Assembly (NCBI GenBank): GCA_040285825.1
Contig: JAUPSS010000011.1
Location: 434,001-498,000 of the forward strand
DNA: 64,000 bases
Origin: Eukaryota sp. TZLM1-RC
Lineage: Eukaryota; Protista; Metamonada: BaSk clade
Direction: 5' to 3'
Position 1 is the first letter of the stretch; every line of letters begins with the position of its first letter. Made by a program: the position numbers and the translations under genes. The notes beneath the pieces were generated by a model. The model had not been told where the DNA came from. It ran no database searches and saw nothing but the letters and a program-made list of their open reading frames with translations. Below are positions 34,510-46,695 of the stretch, piece after piece.

Positions 34510-35257
34510 GGGAAAAGTACACATCTACCCATTTTTCCAAAAAGTGGAACACGTCTACCCACCACAATAAAGTGAACACATCTACCCACTTTTTTACTGA
34601 TAGGACTTCTTTGCAGATTGGACATGACAACAACCTCTTCCGTTGTTGCTGAATCAACTATAACTCTCAAACATAACGACACCGATTATCTCTTGAAAAT
34701 CGGTTCCCTGGCTTCGATGGAAATCATAAAGGAACTGATTCGGCTAGATTGTGTCCAGAGCAGTGCCTATTGTGTCTACAAAAAGTCTGAACATACAAGA
34801 ATTTATGCTCGTTGCAAAAATAAAAGATGTACGTTTGAATGCTATGCTACACGACCTAAATCCGCTTCTTCAACAACTCCTTATGAGGTTAAGCAGTATA
34901 AAGCTCATTCCTGTGATGGTAACCTAACTTCTTCCTACAAGATTCTTCCTGCTTCCACAGATTACCTTGCCTCTTTGACATCCATTCGTACAAAAATCTT
35001 AATTGAACTTAGTTGAAGATCAATTGAGATTAGGGAGGTTTATCGTATGCTTAACATGTCCATAAACGGTTTATTTGATGTTTGAGATGAGTTTGGTGAA
35101 CGTACCAAGTAATTAAGAAACACAAACATGATTACATCATCAAGCAAATCGGGATGGATAAGTTTCCTTAAAACAATTGGGTACAGAAGTACCAAAAAAT
35201 TCAGCAGTGGGTAGGTGTGTTTCACTTTTCAAAAAAGTGGGTAGGTGTCCCTGACCC
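34510..35257 (+). mobile_element. Mutator/MULE DNA transposon, internally deleted
   Basis: GGG..CCC imperfect TIRs of about 50 bp with CTACCCA repeats; 9-bp TSD TATAATTAT (34501-34509, 35258-35266); ORF 34618-35016 with MuDR-type C-x4-C..H-x-C DNA-binding domain. Confidence 0.85.
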
Positions 35258-35703
35258 TATAATTATTTATTAGGTTTCCATAGAAATTGCACTAATTCAA
35301 ATTTGTATTTCACTGATTCCTAATTGAAATCATACAGAGGCGTTAAACAAGGATCTCTTCAATTTTGTCTGGCAGTTTATCCCATTTTATTATAAGTTAC
35401 ATCAATGGTACCTTCATTAAAGATGATTACCGATATGAATTTTGTAGTTTTAATAGGTGACTTGAGTTTTGTAAAACTTGGAATTTTATGTTTCAAGTAA
35501 TTATTCAACAAAATTGGCCTTGGACTGAACCTACTCAAATGTGTTTTACTTTCAAACTCTCCAGTTTCTACAATAGTGGATGGTATTGAAATTCAAGACA
35601 AGTTATATTCAACTGATGCTATTCGTAATTTGGGTTCGTTCTTGGGAAATAATGATGAAGTTAGCAAAGAATTGTTTGATAAGGTGGATTCACAAATTCA
35701 AAG

Positions 35704-36995
35704 ATAAAATTTTTACCACCTTTAATAAAAGCAGCTTTACAAAGGTAGCTTGATTTATGAAAATCAACACCACCAAAATCTGTACCACACAGAATGTGAC
35801 TTCGTAACTGAGATGCATCAATTTTTAATAATTTGGCTAAAAAATTGGTCCTTTGTTCCTTAAAAATACGAGAAAATTGTAAAAAAATAGACGGTGATGT
35901 TGATCAGAAAATATGAGTAAAATTATCAGAATAACAAATTTTTAGAAAAAAGAATTTCAATTGTTCTTCAATATTGAAATTCTCAATTGATTCTAATTCA
36001 TTTCCAAATTGAATCAATAAATTCGAAAGTTGGCTTTTGACATCATCAATATTTCCGCGATAATAACCCAAAAAACAAAAATCCAAACCCAAAAAACGAA
36101 AACCAGACTGATAGTAATTGATAGAGGGGACATTGACGTCATTAATAAACAAACCAAATGGTTCATTGCCAATAATCAGACATTTGGCAATATTTGATGG
36201 AAGACCAATATCTTCATAACGCTGTTGAATAAAATTTGCTATTTTTTTGGGAACTAAAATAGGAGCAATGAAAGAGATGTCATCCATATATGCTACAATA
36301 TCTATTTCTGGAAAAATTTCTTCTAATTCACACATTAAAGAATCAATTGCCAAACAAAAGAAAGAGGGACCCAGAGGATTTCCCTGTTTAACACCTGAAG
36401 AAGAAAGCAGGTCAATGTTTTCATAGACCATTGTTGATGATTTTCCATAAAAGGAATAGAAAAAAGACTCAGCTTCGGAAAATGTTTTTGCAACAAAGAG
36501 AAAATGGAAAAACGGCGAAACGGTTTTTACAGAAATAAAAACATTTTTAAAGTCTGGATTAAAAATGTAATTAGAATTACTAGAATTAAAGAATACATCA
36601 GACGGAAGGGCAGCAGCAGAAGCACCATCAATTGTGTTGATTCCACGTTGAAAAAGGATGACAAATTCTGGCTTTTTTCCCAATTATCTTAAAGACAAGG
36701 GAAGCAAAAATTCTGGCGAAAGATTCTCCAATTGCAAATGGACGAAATTTGGATGGATTTTCCTTGAGAGCAATTAAACGAGCACTTGTAATCTCATCAG
36801 GAATTTTAATTTTCAAGGTAAAAAGAGTGTTGAAAAAGTAGACGAGGTCATCATCAATTTCAGGTCACTGTCCAGCAGCTGACTTAATCATATCAAAATT
36901 CATCAAAAATGGGCCTGGAGTGTTTCCAACAGGCATATGATGAAGAAGTTTTGAAACCTCTGAAGTATTCACAGGATTTTTCAACCAATATTTTA
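35704..36995 (-). mobile_element. Family A RLE retrotransposon, RT-containing internal fragment
   Basis: ARLIALK..FRPFAIGE, GVKQGNPLGP, AYMDDI, FRFLG; its 3' part matches about 12560-12875. Confidence 0.9.
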
Positions 36996-37014
36996 ACCAT
37001 TATCCCAACCAGAT

Positions 37015-37192
37015 ATCCAAGAAGCTAAAGCTGATAGAAATAGATTACTTGTTTTTATTGCTTTCCCATTTTCTCTAAACGGAAGAGTATCAGTAGAAGC
37101 AGGAACCGTTTTGAGTGATTTCCAGAAAATGGTTCAAGAAAAAACAATGAAAAGATTTGATATCTGATCATGGTGCGAATTCAATTTGCCAT
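37015..37192 (+). mobile_element. Family C retrotransposon fragment
   Basis: Matches about 45570-45755 (FIAFPFSLNGR..FQKMVQEKTMKRF). Confidence 0.75.
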
Positions 37193-37199
37193 AACGGTA

Positions 37200-38255
37200 A
37201 TGGTAACTTGTCCTTTTTGCACCTCTACATCTCGTATATGCAACTCCGATCGTGACATTCTTTCGCACTTCACCTCTGCGTTGGATTCGTTACCCTTTGG
37301 GTTAGTACCTCAGCACTTCATATGCTCTTTTTGTTCCTCAAGCTTTACTTCAATTCACACTTTGGTTTCCCACTATACCCACTGCTCTTCTCCCAATACC
37401 CCTCTGCCTCTCATTAGCTTTAGATGCCTTATCTGTGGCCACACATCCCAGTCCACTAATCATCCTACTTGTACCAAAATATCTCCTGAAATACCTCATC
37501 GATCCTTTCCTGACATTTCAGATCAAAATCCACTACCACTTGACCTATCTGAAACACAACTTGAAGGAATGCTCAACGACTATAATGCCGCTCTGAGCGT
37601 TCTTCCCTCCACGTGTCACCCTCTCTCCCCCTCTTCAACACAGGCAGCAGGGTGTCAACTGCTGGGTTCCACTGTTTCCTCTCCTTGTATTCTCTCTACG
37701 GGTCTAACTAAGGAACAGCATGTGGAGCTTGAGAAAGTTCTTACCCTTTTAGGTGGCAAGTTAAAATCAAGGTGGTCAAGATCTGTAACTCATGTAGTCT
37801 CAACATTGGATTCAAATAGAAGAGCCAAAAGAACTATTAAATACTTGCAGGGGGTGGTCAGCAACTGCTATGTAGTTGGCTTTGATTGGGTTGAAAAGAG
37901 TTTGATTGCTAATCAGTGGGTTGATGAACTTCCATTTTTGTCAAGTGGTGATGCGACAGTCAACGGCGGTCCCTTAATTGCAGTTAGAAATAGTCGATCA
38001 CGAACACCCGGAATTTTCAGCGGATGGACATTTACTTTGAAACCTCCTTTTTTTGGTATTGATAGCAATGGAGTGGAAGGATTAATACTAGCTAGTGGAG
38101 GAAAGGTTGTAAAAGAAAGAGCAGATGGAAAGTTTCTGTTCTTGGTCGGTCAAAAAGATAAGGTTATTGACTGTGATCACGTGATGATTGATTGGTTCTT
38201 GCGCTGTTGTAGTGCTAACCAAGTTTTAGATACTGATAATTTTTCTCGATTTTAA
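37200..38255 (+). CDS. Tandem BRCT protein (BRCA1/BARD1-like C terminus) with N-terminal Zn fingers
   Basis: CPFC, CSFC..H..C; VTHVV..AKRTIKYLQGV..W; second BRCT GIFSG..GG..W..C. The upstream ATG at 37170 lies in a TE fragment. Confidence 0.85.
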   Translation: MVTCPFCTSTSRICNSDRDILSHFTSALDSLPFGLVPQHFICSFCSSSFTSIHTLVSHYTHCSSPNTPLPLISFRCLICGHTSQSTNHPTCTKISPEIPHRSFPDISDQNPLPLDLSETQLEGMLNDYNAALSVLPSTCHPLSPSSTQAAGCQLLGSTVSSPCILSTGLTKEQHVELEKVLTLLGGKLKSRWSRSVTHVVSTLDSNRRAKRTIKYLQGVVSNCYVVGFDWVEKSLIANQWVDELPFLSSGDATVNGGPLIAVRNSRSRTPGIFSGWTFTLKPPFFGIDSNGVEGLILASGGKVVKERADGKFLFLVGQKDKVIDCDHVMIDWFLRCCSANQVLDTDNFSRF

Positions 38256-38737
38256 GTATTTCATTAATTTAATTTTTCTATTGGATGGAAAGATTATTTT
38301 AATTTATTTTAATAAATATTTATTTGTCTGAATATCAATTTAACAGAAACTCCCAACAAATTTATTAGTCTTGCTGATTTTGTTATGCATTCAAATCCAC
38401 ATCACCGACCTCATCCAAATCAAATTGTTGAATAAATTGATGACTTAAACATCCCACCTGTTGAATTTAATCCGTGCGTTCTAAACCAAAAAGATTTAGT
38501 TTTCTATAACTTCAAAAAATGTTCGTTCTCAAGAAAAAACCTCAATTTGTCTATCAGAAGCAAAGGTGATACGTATTATTTCACCAACGTGCTAACATTG
38601 ACAAGGTTACAAAAACAATGAATCAAACAATCTTATAGTCGTTATGATTTAAGAGTGCTGTCTGTCTGAACTTAAAGTTTTGATTTGCGAATTGAGAATG
38701 TTTCCCCTGAAAACCGCCACTTCCTCTTTTCTTCTTT

Positions 38738-39976
38738 ATGAACGCATCGATCAACACTAAATCAAAGGACTGGATAGTTGAGGGGATGTGTGATCCGGAA
38801 TCACTTTCCCCTGACGATGTTTGCCTTCAAAACGCTGACGATACTAGGGATAAATTTTTTCAGCTTTACTTCGCGAACAGAGAGCACTTAACCTACAAAG
38901 ACACCTCAGATAGCGAAAACCCATGTCTTTTATCTCTTTTTTCCTACAAATTCAAAGGCAAAGAACGCTTTTATCGTATAATACACCGCAGTTGTAATGG
39001 ATTCCAATGTGGCGATGTACCATTATCGTCTGTACGTCGTTCATTCCTTCGTAAATTGTTCTGCATGGGCCCCAGTGTTACAGAAATAGCTAGAGCTGCG
39101 TTAGGAATTGGTAGTCTACGTCTTTGTCCGATTGAAACTACCCCTGAACTCGTCAATGAACTAACCGATTTCGAAACTGAGGCCCTGTATAATAGAATGA
39201 TCCACAAGATTGGGATTTTATTTGTAAAAGATGGCCAAAAATCCGAGAACATCATTTATTCAAATAGAGAAGTTTCTTTAAAGTTTGAAGAATTCCTTTC
39301 CTTTCTTGGGGAAAAAGTTCGTCTACTCAACTTCCAAGGCTACAATGGTGGTCTTAACTGCACCAAGGATCTCTCTGGTCGGCGGTCTGTGTATTCTAAC
39401 TTTGAAAACCATGAAGTGATGTTTCTGGTTGCTCCTTATCTACCTTTCTCTGAGCATGATGAGCAGCAGATAGCCAGAAAGCGTCACGTTGGAAATTGTG
39501 GTATCGTGATTGTCTTTTTGGATGATAGAGAGGGTGAGTTTGATCCGGAAGTGTTGGTTTCTCAACAAAACCAAATTGTTTTTGTTATCAAAGTCTTCAG
39601 GGAGGCTGAGAAAGAAGAGGTGAAACAAAAGGAAAAGGTACTCTGTTTGAAGAAGGTTTCTGACCACCGAGACCCCGAAAGCGAAACTGATGACGTTGAT
39701 GACAATCAGGATGATGAATCTGATTTTGAGGAAGTTGAATCACCCCCTAAAAGAATTTGGTATAAACTTTCAATTGCAAGAAAAATAAGTATCCCTGAGT
39801 TTGGACCTCCAATTCCAAGCCCTGGAGTTTTTAAATCATCAAAAAGGTTTAGAAATTTCCTCTTCACTAAGCTAATAAGTGCATACACTGCTCTTTATCA
39901 AGGCGGGGACTTTGGTGCAAAATTGTGTGGGTATTACAATCATAAAATTAAAAGGATAATCAGTCAATATTCTTGA
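38738..39976 (+). CDS. Rap/Ran GTPase-activating protein
   Basis: KIGILFVK.GQ..E, FEEFLSFLG, GYNGGL, QQIARKRHVGN. Confidence 0.92.
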   Translation: MNASINTKSKDWIVEGMCDPESLSPDDVCLQNADDTRDKFFQLYFANREHLTYKDTSDSENPCLLSLFSYKFKGKERFYRIIHRSCNGFQCGDVPLSSVRRSFLRKLFCMGPSVTEIARAALGIGSLRLCPIETTPELVNELTDFETEALYNRMIHKIGILFVKDGQKSENIIYSNREVSLKFEEFLSFLGEKVRLLNFQGYNGGLNCTKDLSGRRSVYSNFENHEVMFLVAPYLPFSEHDEQQIARKRHVGNCGIVIVFLDDREGEFDPEVLVSQQNQIVFVIKVFREAEKEEVKQKEKVLCLKKVSDHRDPESETDDVDDNQDDESDFEEVESPPKRIWYKLSIARKISIPEFGPPIPSPGVFKSSKRFRNFLFTKLISAYTALYQGGDFGAKLCGYYNHKIKRIISQYS

Positions 39977-40001
39977 ATAAAGTTTGTAAATACATGGTTT
40001 T

Positions 40002-41390
40002 TTATTTATTAATTGAATTAAATCTATTGGCGAAGGCAACTGGTGTTTTCAAACTTAGTTCAGCTAAAGAGGTAGAAAACAAGTCATCCTCAGGGTCGCT
40101 CAATAATCCCTTTGACTCCTCTTGACCACTGTTGACTGATCCCCAATCGTCATCTTGACTGTCTTGACACGTGTCAGGAGATGGTGACAATTCCAGTGGT
40201 GAAGTAGGTTGAAAAGAAACCTTTCTATCTTGCACAGGTTGCCGTTGCCTCGTCAACGTTCCAAGCCTGGTTAAAGTTCTCGTCAATACAGGAGTTTTTG
40301 ATGGTAGCAGATTGTGATAAGAAGGGGTAGAGGGAGAGAAAAGATCAATCAAATTTGATTGATTGGGAGTTTTTGGGGGTAAAACAAGTAATGATTGATT
40401 GAGAACATCTGAATCGCAAATTCCATCAATAATACGCTGCAATTTTTCAATACGATTGTTACAAGTGTCGTGAGCTTTACTGATCCCTTTTAACTTGTCA
40501 GACAGCAGTGACAAGTTATTGGACAAGTCTTCCCTGAACGAAACAACGTTACCTAAATCAGAGTCACTTCCTAATTTGATTTGACTCGGTAGACTTTTTA
40601 ATTGAATTTCCAATTCGTTTAACCAGTTAGCAAAGTTTAAAGGAACATGACTCACAAAAGAAGAAACATCAATGACTTGTTGTGAACTGTTTTCTACCGT
40701 TGTAAAATTGGCGGGAAATTCAATTGTACCCAAAAGAACCGCCAATTCTTTAAACTTTAGCACGTGTTCAACTTCCTCTTCTTTGAGATCGCCACTGCCT
40801 ACATTGAGCTTCCTTTTCAACTCAATCTCCCTCCTCAACAGTGATCTCCATGCATCTACCATCTCCTCGGCAATAGGTTCAATGCTCTGTTTGTAACAAT
40901 GGTTCATGGAAGATAGGGTGTTCTGAATAGCAGAAATGTGTGATGAAGTGTGCTTACGTGTCACATGATTAATCAGCTTCCGTTGACAGCTTGGAAGATT
41001 AGCATAGACTCTAGGAAAAGGGAGGTTCTTTACAGGGGATTGCCGAAGGAGTGAGTGAACAACATAGACTGAAAGCTCACAGAGAACTGAAAGAACACGT
41101 GACGACGAGAGAGCTGTTATACGAGAGCATCCGAGACTTAGCACCGATTTCTGTTCAAGTGATTTTAATGTAGTGGTAACAATTTTGTCAAAAGTACGTT
41201 GATGGTCTCGATCCAGTATAGGCCAGCAGTAAGGAAATGTGGCAAGATTAGCCTTTAAGAAGAGAAAATGAAAGATATGGTTAGACCATTTGCGATCAGG
41301 ATTGACAACATTTGCTTTGGTGAAAGGAGTATCAAGAGCCTTAAAGTTAAATTGTAGCAAATTTAGGGCTCTTGCAAGGTTTTCAAACAT
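40002..41390 (-). CDS. HAUS6: Augmin subunit HAUS6-like
   Basis: N-terminal FHFLF.K...F..CWPILDR...R.F.K signature followed by coiled coil. Confidence 0.7.
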   Translation of the reverse strand: MFENLARALNLLQFNFKALDTPFTKANVVNPDRKWSNHIFHFLFLKANLATFPYCWPILDRDHQRTFDKIVTTTLKSLEQKSVLSLGCSRITALSSSRVLSVLCELSVYVVHSLLRQSPVKNLPFPRVYANLPSCQRKLINHVTRKHTSSHISAIQNTLSSMNHCYKQSIEPIAEEMVDAWRSLLRREIELKRKLNVGSGDLKEEEVEHVLKFKELAVLLGTIEFPANFTTVENSSQQVIDVSSFVSHVPLNFANWLNELEIQLKSLPSQIKLGSDSDLGNVVSFREDLSNNLSLLSDKLKGISKAHDTCNNRIEKLQRIIDGICDSDVLNQSLLVLPPKTPNQSNLIDLFSPSTPSYHNLLPSKTPVLTRTLTRLGTLTRQRQPVQDRKVSFQPTSPLELSPSPDTCQDSQDDDWGSVNSGQEESKGLLSDPEDDLFSTSLAELSLKTPVAFANRFNSINK

Positions 41391-41399
41391 GGGAAGGAA

Positions 41400-43490
41400 T
41401 TGTTTTCATTTGAAATGCATACTTTCTTCAAGCATCATTCAAACTTATTCCAAGAACTTTTATCCTTGATGAGATCGTCCACAGACGTTATGGAATCCTC
41501 GAATAATTGGCCACCAATCTCAGTGAGCCCATTTCTTTTCTAGAACATTACGTAGCTTTGAAGCTAGTTTCTTTGTGGTATCTGGAACGCTTCTGGTCTT
41601 GTTCCATAGTAGTGCTCACTAATTGCAATCTCTAGCTGATTTAGTGATGCAGAAATGTCTCTAGACCATACTTGATTACATTTCGGACAACTGAAATAGG
41701 CGTTGTGAACTTTAACTTCACCATCAACTTCTCCATAGATCTTTTGGCGTAGCATCTTGCAGTTCACCTTTGCAGATGTCATATATTCATCTCCGGTCTT
41801 CACATTAGGAAATGAACATTGTAACAACTTGAGAAACGCCTTACGTTCAGTTTTCATTTTTTGATGTGATGTACCACCACCTGCATTGCCAAACCACACC
41901 TTTACTTCTCGACCGTCTGCAAATTTTTTCACTTTGTTGATAATTGAGCTGAATCTTTTCTGTTTTCTTATAAAGAAGTCAAATGTGTTTCTCCTCAATG
42001 CTTTTTGAGCAATCAGATATAATTGCTGCTTTAGCAATGATCATCTTACGTTATTACCTCCTTAGTCCTTATAGTCACCGATAGTTGATATTTCAAGCAG
42101 ATAATGGTTCAATTTCTGCACGTCATGAACATCTATTGATGAGTGGGTCAGTGAAGCGGAGTGAGTAATTTTTCATTGCTTTGGTGCCAAGAAGATATTG
42201 GATACGGTTGGCCCTGAACGTGTTCCAATACTGGAACCACATAGATTTGAGTGGTTGGGGTCGATGGCCCAGAACACCATTTCCGTTTGGTCATCAGGTG
42301 CCTGCCACTCAGTAGCTTTTGGTTTCTGGCGAGTTCTTGGCCAGTCAACCTTGGCTTGCAGGGTATGTTTTCTGTTCCTAGTGGTTTCGTAGTAATCAAG
42401 TTCCCCTCTGGATCTCTTATCAGCCAAGGCTTCTTCAGACAATCTCACTCGTGTTGCTTTTGTGTGAGGTGAGAAAGTTATACGGACACTATCACCATTA
42501 GAAGACATTGTGTAGTCATCAGCTTTTGTTCTAAAAAAATAAATAAGGGTTTTTCAAAATTATTTGTGATGTGTTTTTGGAGCTAAAATGGTTGAGAACC
42601 CATGTGGAAAAGGGGACAAAAGCAGGCTTCAAACTAGCGATTGGGGTGAGTCTCTGTCGTCTGAAGGTATGCGGAAAGGCATGCTCCAAAAGGTTTTGGA
42701 TTGTAAATCCACAACGAAAGACGTAGGTACTGCTTGATTGATTAAGGGTCACTCTTCGGGAAGAAAGAAAAGTGTTTTACCTTTGAGAATCACCATCCAA
42801 GAAGTTAAATAGACTAGTAGCCAATGTATGGTGTGTGTTGAACCAAGACAGAAGAGGATCCCGGAAGTTCGTGTTGTTGTGGAGTACAGAGCCAGCTTCA
42901 GTGGCTGGTGCAGAGCAGTTATGACCGACTGTATACGAGCGGAAGAAGTTGAGCTTCCAAGACACAAAACCATCAGCTAGGAGCTGCTGGTAATTACCTT
43001 TCAGCTGGCGGCTCTTTGCATCCACTAGTTGTTGGAGAGGCCTACTAGTGGGTAGCGCATGATTATGACCTTTTCTTGACATAAACAAGACAGCAAACAG
43101 CCATGATGTAAAGATTTGTTTGAGCTTCTCATACATATGACCTTTGCCAGGTCTGTTGAATGGATGTCTGATTTTTGAGTCCGAAAGTTCCACAAAGTTA
43201 AGCCACTGGAGTCAGATTTGATGCTGGGTCAGGAAATGACTGTTTTTGGAGAAGCGTACAGCAAAAACTCCGGCTAGCAAACTGCCCACGTGAGCCATGG
43301 AGATCACTTTGGTCAGCTCTCCATCAACATCGTCACATACTGGCTGCTCAAAGAACTGATGAAGAGAACATGCACGTGCCCAAAACTTTAAAAACCTTAC
43401 TCGAAGTAGAATGTTCAAAGATAATCAGAAACGATTGATTTTGAGTTTCAGTTATAAAATTTGGTTTAGTTCCAACTTTTTACATCCAAA
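41400..43490 (-). pseudogene. tnpB: Full-length degraded Fanzor element (family F4, sister of F3) with structured 3' tail
   Basis: DGFVSWKLNFFR, WAIDPNHSNLCG, GDEYMTS, CPKC, WSRDISASLNQ; several stops and frameshifts. Confidence 0.88.
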
Positions 43491-43509
43491 AACATTAAAA
43501 CAAGGACAA

Positions 43510-43720
43510 AATTTGGGAATTAGCACATCACCACGGCTGTCACCAAAAGAGTTTCTGTCAGATTCATCAGCCAGATTTGAAAGCAAAGGTTCTAAAAAGG
43601 TTCAGTTTTGTAGGACTTAAACATACAATAGAGCTGATCACGAACTGCATCATGCACTTTTGGTCTGAAAGTAATCAATTGATTACAGTTAAATAAAGGG
43701 GTTGGAGTGACAGTCTTTCC
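43510..43720 (-). mobile_element. Family B-like retrotransposon fragment
   Basis: LFNC..KVHDAVRDQLYCM..FGDSRGDV. Confidence 0.7.
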
Positions 43721-44479
43721 AGGTTCTTCTTCCAGTATAAACAATTTTAAGCATGAAAAATTTGATATGTTTTTCACAACTAAGAAAGAAACTTTTTTCT
43801 TCTCCCTTGCATCAAAGTACTTTTCTCTTTATCATAATTCTTTAAAACCTCCGCCTTTCATGGTCCAGGTCCTCCTATTGCTTTCTTTGGTATTATATCG
43901 AACTGCTCTACGTTGTCTCCCTCTTTATTTTTGACTCTACTGGTTGTTTTTCCACTTGTTACATCATCCATCAAAACATCAATTTGGAGAAACATGAGTT
44001 CGATTCCCATTATCATGTTGCTCCTTGGTCAATTTGTTTTGACTTTCCGAAGATGTTCACAGTTTTCTTGAGGCAAAAAGCTCACTGTCGCCTTTCAAAG
44101 GCTCTTGGAGCTTTTCATACATCCGCTTAGTATTGTAAATCGAAAAATTCAATTTCTTGTTTGAACGTTTTGTCCTTGAAATAGAATGTGTGTGTTCAAA
44201 ATGTTCATTTAAGCATCACTTTTTATATTGGATGTTATTGCTGGTACAATGGATCGTTTGTGTGATGAAAAGCTTGCTGTCGAATATAAAACGCTTTTGA
44301 AGCTCATCAGATGGCCGCTTAGTAAAGTCAATCAAGTACTTTTTTGCTTGGTGCTAATTGTTCAGTGTCTTTTTGAAATATTGACTGCTGAAAGTGGAGT
44401 AGTTGGAAAAGCAATTTTTGAATTGTCGTAGTTGTTAGATCAATAAATAATAATAAACGCTTCAGAAAGAAATTGAATC

Positions 44480-44855
44480 AAATTTAATTTCCATTTTTTA
44501 AAAATTTTCTTGATATTCTTTCAAAATTTGAGGCACTTTTAATAACCAGCAACCCAGAAATTTGAAATCATCACTACTGCAGTTAGTAAAAAGGACAACA
44601 GAATCATCAATTGCAAAGGTTTAAGGAGAAGAACCAATCAGAATTCATTTGCGCGTATTAAAATGAAGCCCAATATTTTCATATGAATCGGCAATTTTTT
44701 GAGCAACCATTTGTAGCAAATTAAATGAACCAATCAGGGATATATCATCCATTTAGGCAACTATTTTGAGAGAAGGGTATTTTTTCTTAATGATATCTAA
44801 AGTTTTGGAAATAGCTAAGCAAAGCAACAGAGGGCCTAAAACATCACCTTGTTTC
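44480..44855 (-). mobile_element. Retrotransposon RT fragment
   Basis: QGDVLGPLLLCLAI..VA*MDDISLIG..FKFLGCW. Confidence 0.75.
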
Positions 44856-44911
44856 AGAAAAAATTACAATAAATTAAAATAATTTGAAAAAAGGGTTTTG
44901 GAATAGGGTTT

Positions 44912-45911
44912 CAATGGCAATATTCCAGAAAAAAATGTTTTAAATTAGAAGTACACTCTTCGAACATTACAGAAACGATTAACGGGAATGTATGAAAAAG
45001 ATATTTATAATAATATATGCAGCTCGGCTGTTTTAATCAAGATCTTCACTCATTGTTACTGGAAAAGGGTGTTTGTGAAAACAAGTCGTCAGATTCTTCA
45101 CTTTTTGTAACCATTGTACCACGAAGATTTGGATTGTGTGCCACTAGTGAAGCATTTGTAACAAAAATGAGATTATATTTGAACATCCCCATTAATCAAT
45201 TATTATCAAAAGAAAAATGTATTTGTTCGAATTCACCTCAACTCACTTTGCGCCATGCTCTGAATTGCTCTAAATTGATAACTTATCGTTCTTCATTACA
45301 TGATGCTGTTAGAGACACTGTTTTCAATATGGCACAAACTGCAAGGATATCGTGTATCAAAGAGCCCCTGCTAAAGGAAACACTTTCTCTGAATAATTTT
45401 GGTTTTGATGATAGAGGTGATGTATACTGTGATTGGATTGATGAATCTGAAGCTATTGTTGACTTTGTCTCATGTAATGTTGCAAATGATACTTTGGTTC
45501 ACAGAAGAAAACTTAATCCTGTGGCTGCTCTGGATTTTAAAGCAAAAGAGAAACATAGAAAATATGATAAAGATATTGAAGAGGCTAATGTCGATAGAAA
45601 TACACAGCTGGTTTTTATTGCTTTCCCATTTTCGATAAATGGAAGATTATCAGTTGAAGCAGAAACTTTTTTGGATGACTTCCAAAAAATGGTGCAAGAA
45701 AAAACAATGAAAAGATTTTATATTTTTTTATGGCGTTCACGGATTCAATTTGCCATTATTAATATATTACCTCAGTTTTTCAATCGAATTAGAGAAGCTT
45801 TAGCTAGACAGCAAGCAGATCAAGATTTTGTAGAGGAAATCTTGGTTCAATGATAGCCGTCCCATTAGTTATGAGTTAATTTAATTAAGTGTGCAAATTC
45901 AATAAATACAT
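44912..45911 (+). mobile_element. Family C RLE retrotransposon, 5'-truncated
   Basis: ORF 45017-45853 with CIC..HALNC..HDAVRD, RGDV..IVDFV..KEKHRKY; probable TSD AATAGGGTTT at 44902-44911 and 45912-45921. Confidence 0.88.
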
Positions 45912-45999
45912 AATAGGGTTTTGAAAAGATCATCTTGATTCATTTCATCCAGGAATCTCAACGGGTTACTACTATTTGACTTTTTTGTGCTGCTAGCCG

Positions 46000-46695
46000 A
46001 TGTCCATTTCAATCAAGTTTTCATCTATTGGCATCAATGTTAATCCATCTCCTCATAAGTTTAACTTACTTGATGCCCTCTCAGTTTTGACTGATGATGA
46101 ACCTTGTGATACCACAGGACACCATCTCTGGACTGGAAGTTTGGCTTTGGCAAAGTTTATTGACAAAAATCAGAATCTATTCATGTCCAAGTCTATACTA
46201 GAACTTGGAGCAGGGCTTGGTCTTTGTAGCATTTTGGCTTCCACCCTCAGCGATACTGTCATTTGTACTGATGGTGATGAAGAGTCTCTTGAGTTGGCTG
46301 CATCAAACTATAGGGCTAATCATTCACTAACAAAGTCTTCTATCTCCTTTAGTCATCTTTTATGGGAAGATTTGGGTACTGCTGATAAACTAGTTGAGAT
46401 ATATACCCCAATTGATATAGTAATAGGGGGTGATATTATTTACACCGAGTCTGCAATGCAGAATGTAATTCATATAAGCAAACGCTTACTTAAAAATAAT
46501 GGGTTATTAGTTATTGGTTACTGTCCAAGAGATGGATTTCCTTCCAAATTATTGAATTCTTTCACCCAATATGCAAAGGATAACAGATTTATATTAATTA
46601 AGGGTCCACTATTTATCAGTTTAAACGAATTTAGTCACTTGGACCTTGTTCATGATGACCCTGAACCATTAGTTGTTGTTTTCCAATTAAACTGA
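46000..46695 (+). CDS. METTL21/Methyltransf_16-family protein methyltransferase
   Basis: TGHHLWTGSLAL, ILELGAGLG, CTDG, L.W, GGDIIY. Confidence 0.9.
   Translation: MSISIKFSSIGINVNPSPHKFNLLDALSVLTDDEPCDTTGHHLWTGSLALAKFIDKNQNLFMSKSILELGAGLGLCSILASTLSDTVICTDGDEESLELAASNYRANHSLTKSSISFSHLLWEDLGTADKLVEIYTPIDIVIGGDIIYTESAMQNVIHISKRLLKNNGLLVIGYCPRDGFPSKLLNSFTQYAKDNRFILIKGPLFISLNEFSHLDLVHDDPEPLVVVFQLN

Noticed and set aside
43740-44460. Possible further Fanzor remnant on the minus strand
   Set aside because: Too degraded; no RuvC motif recovered
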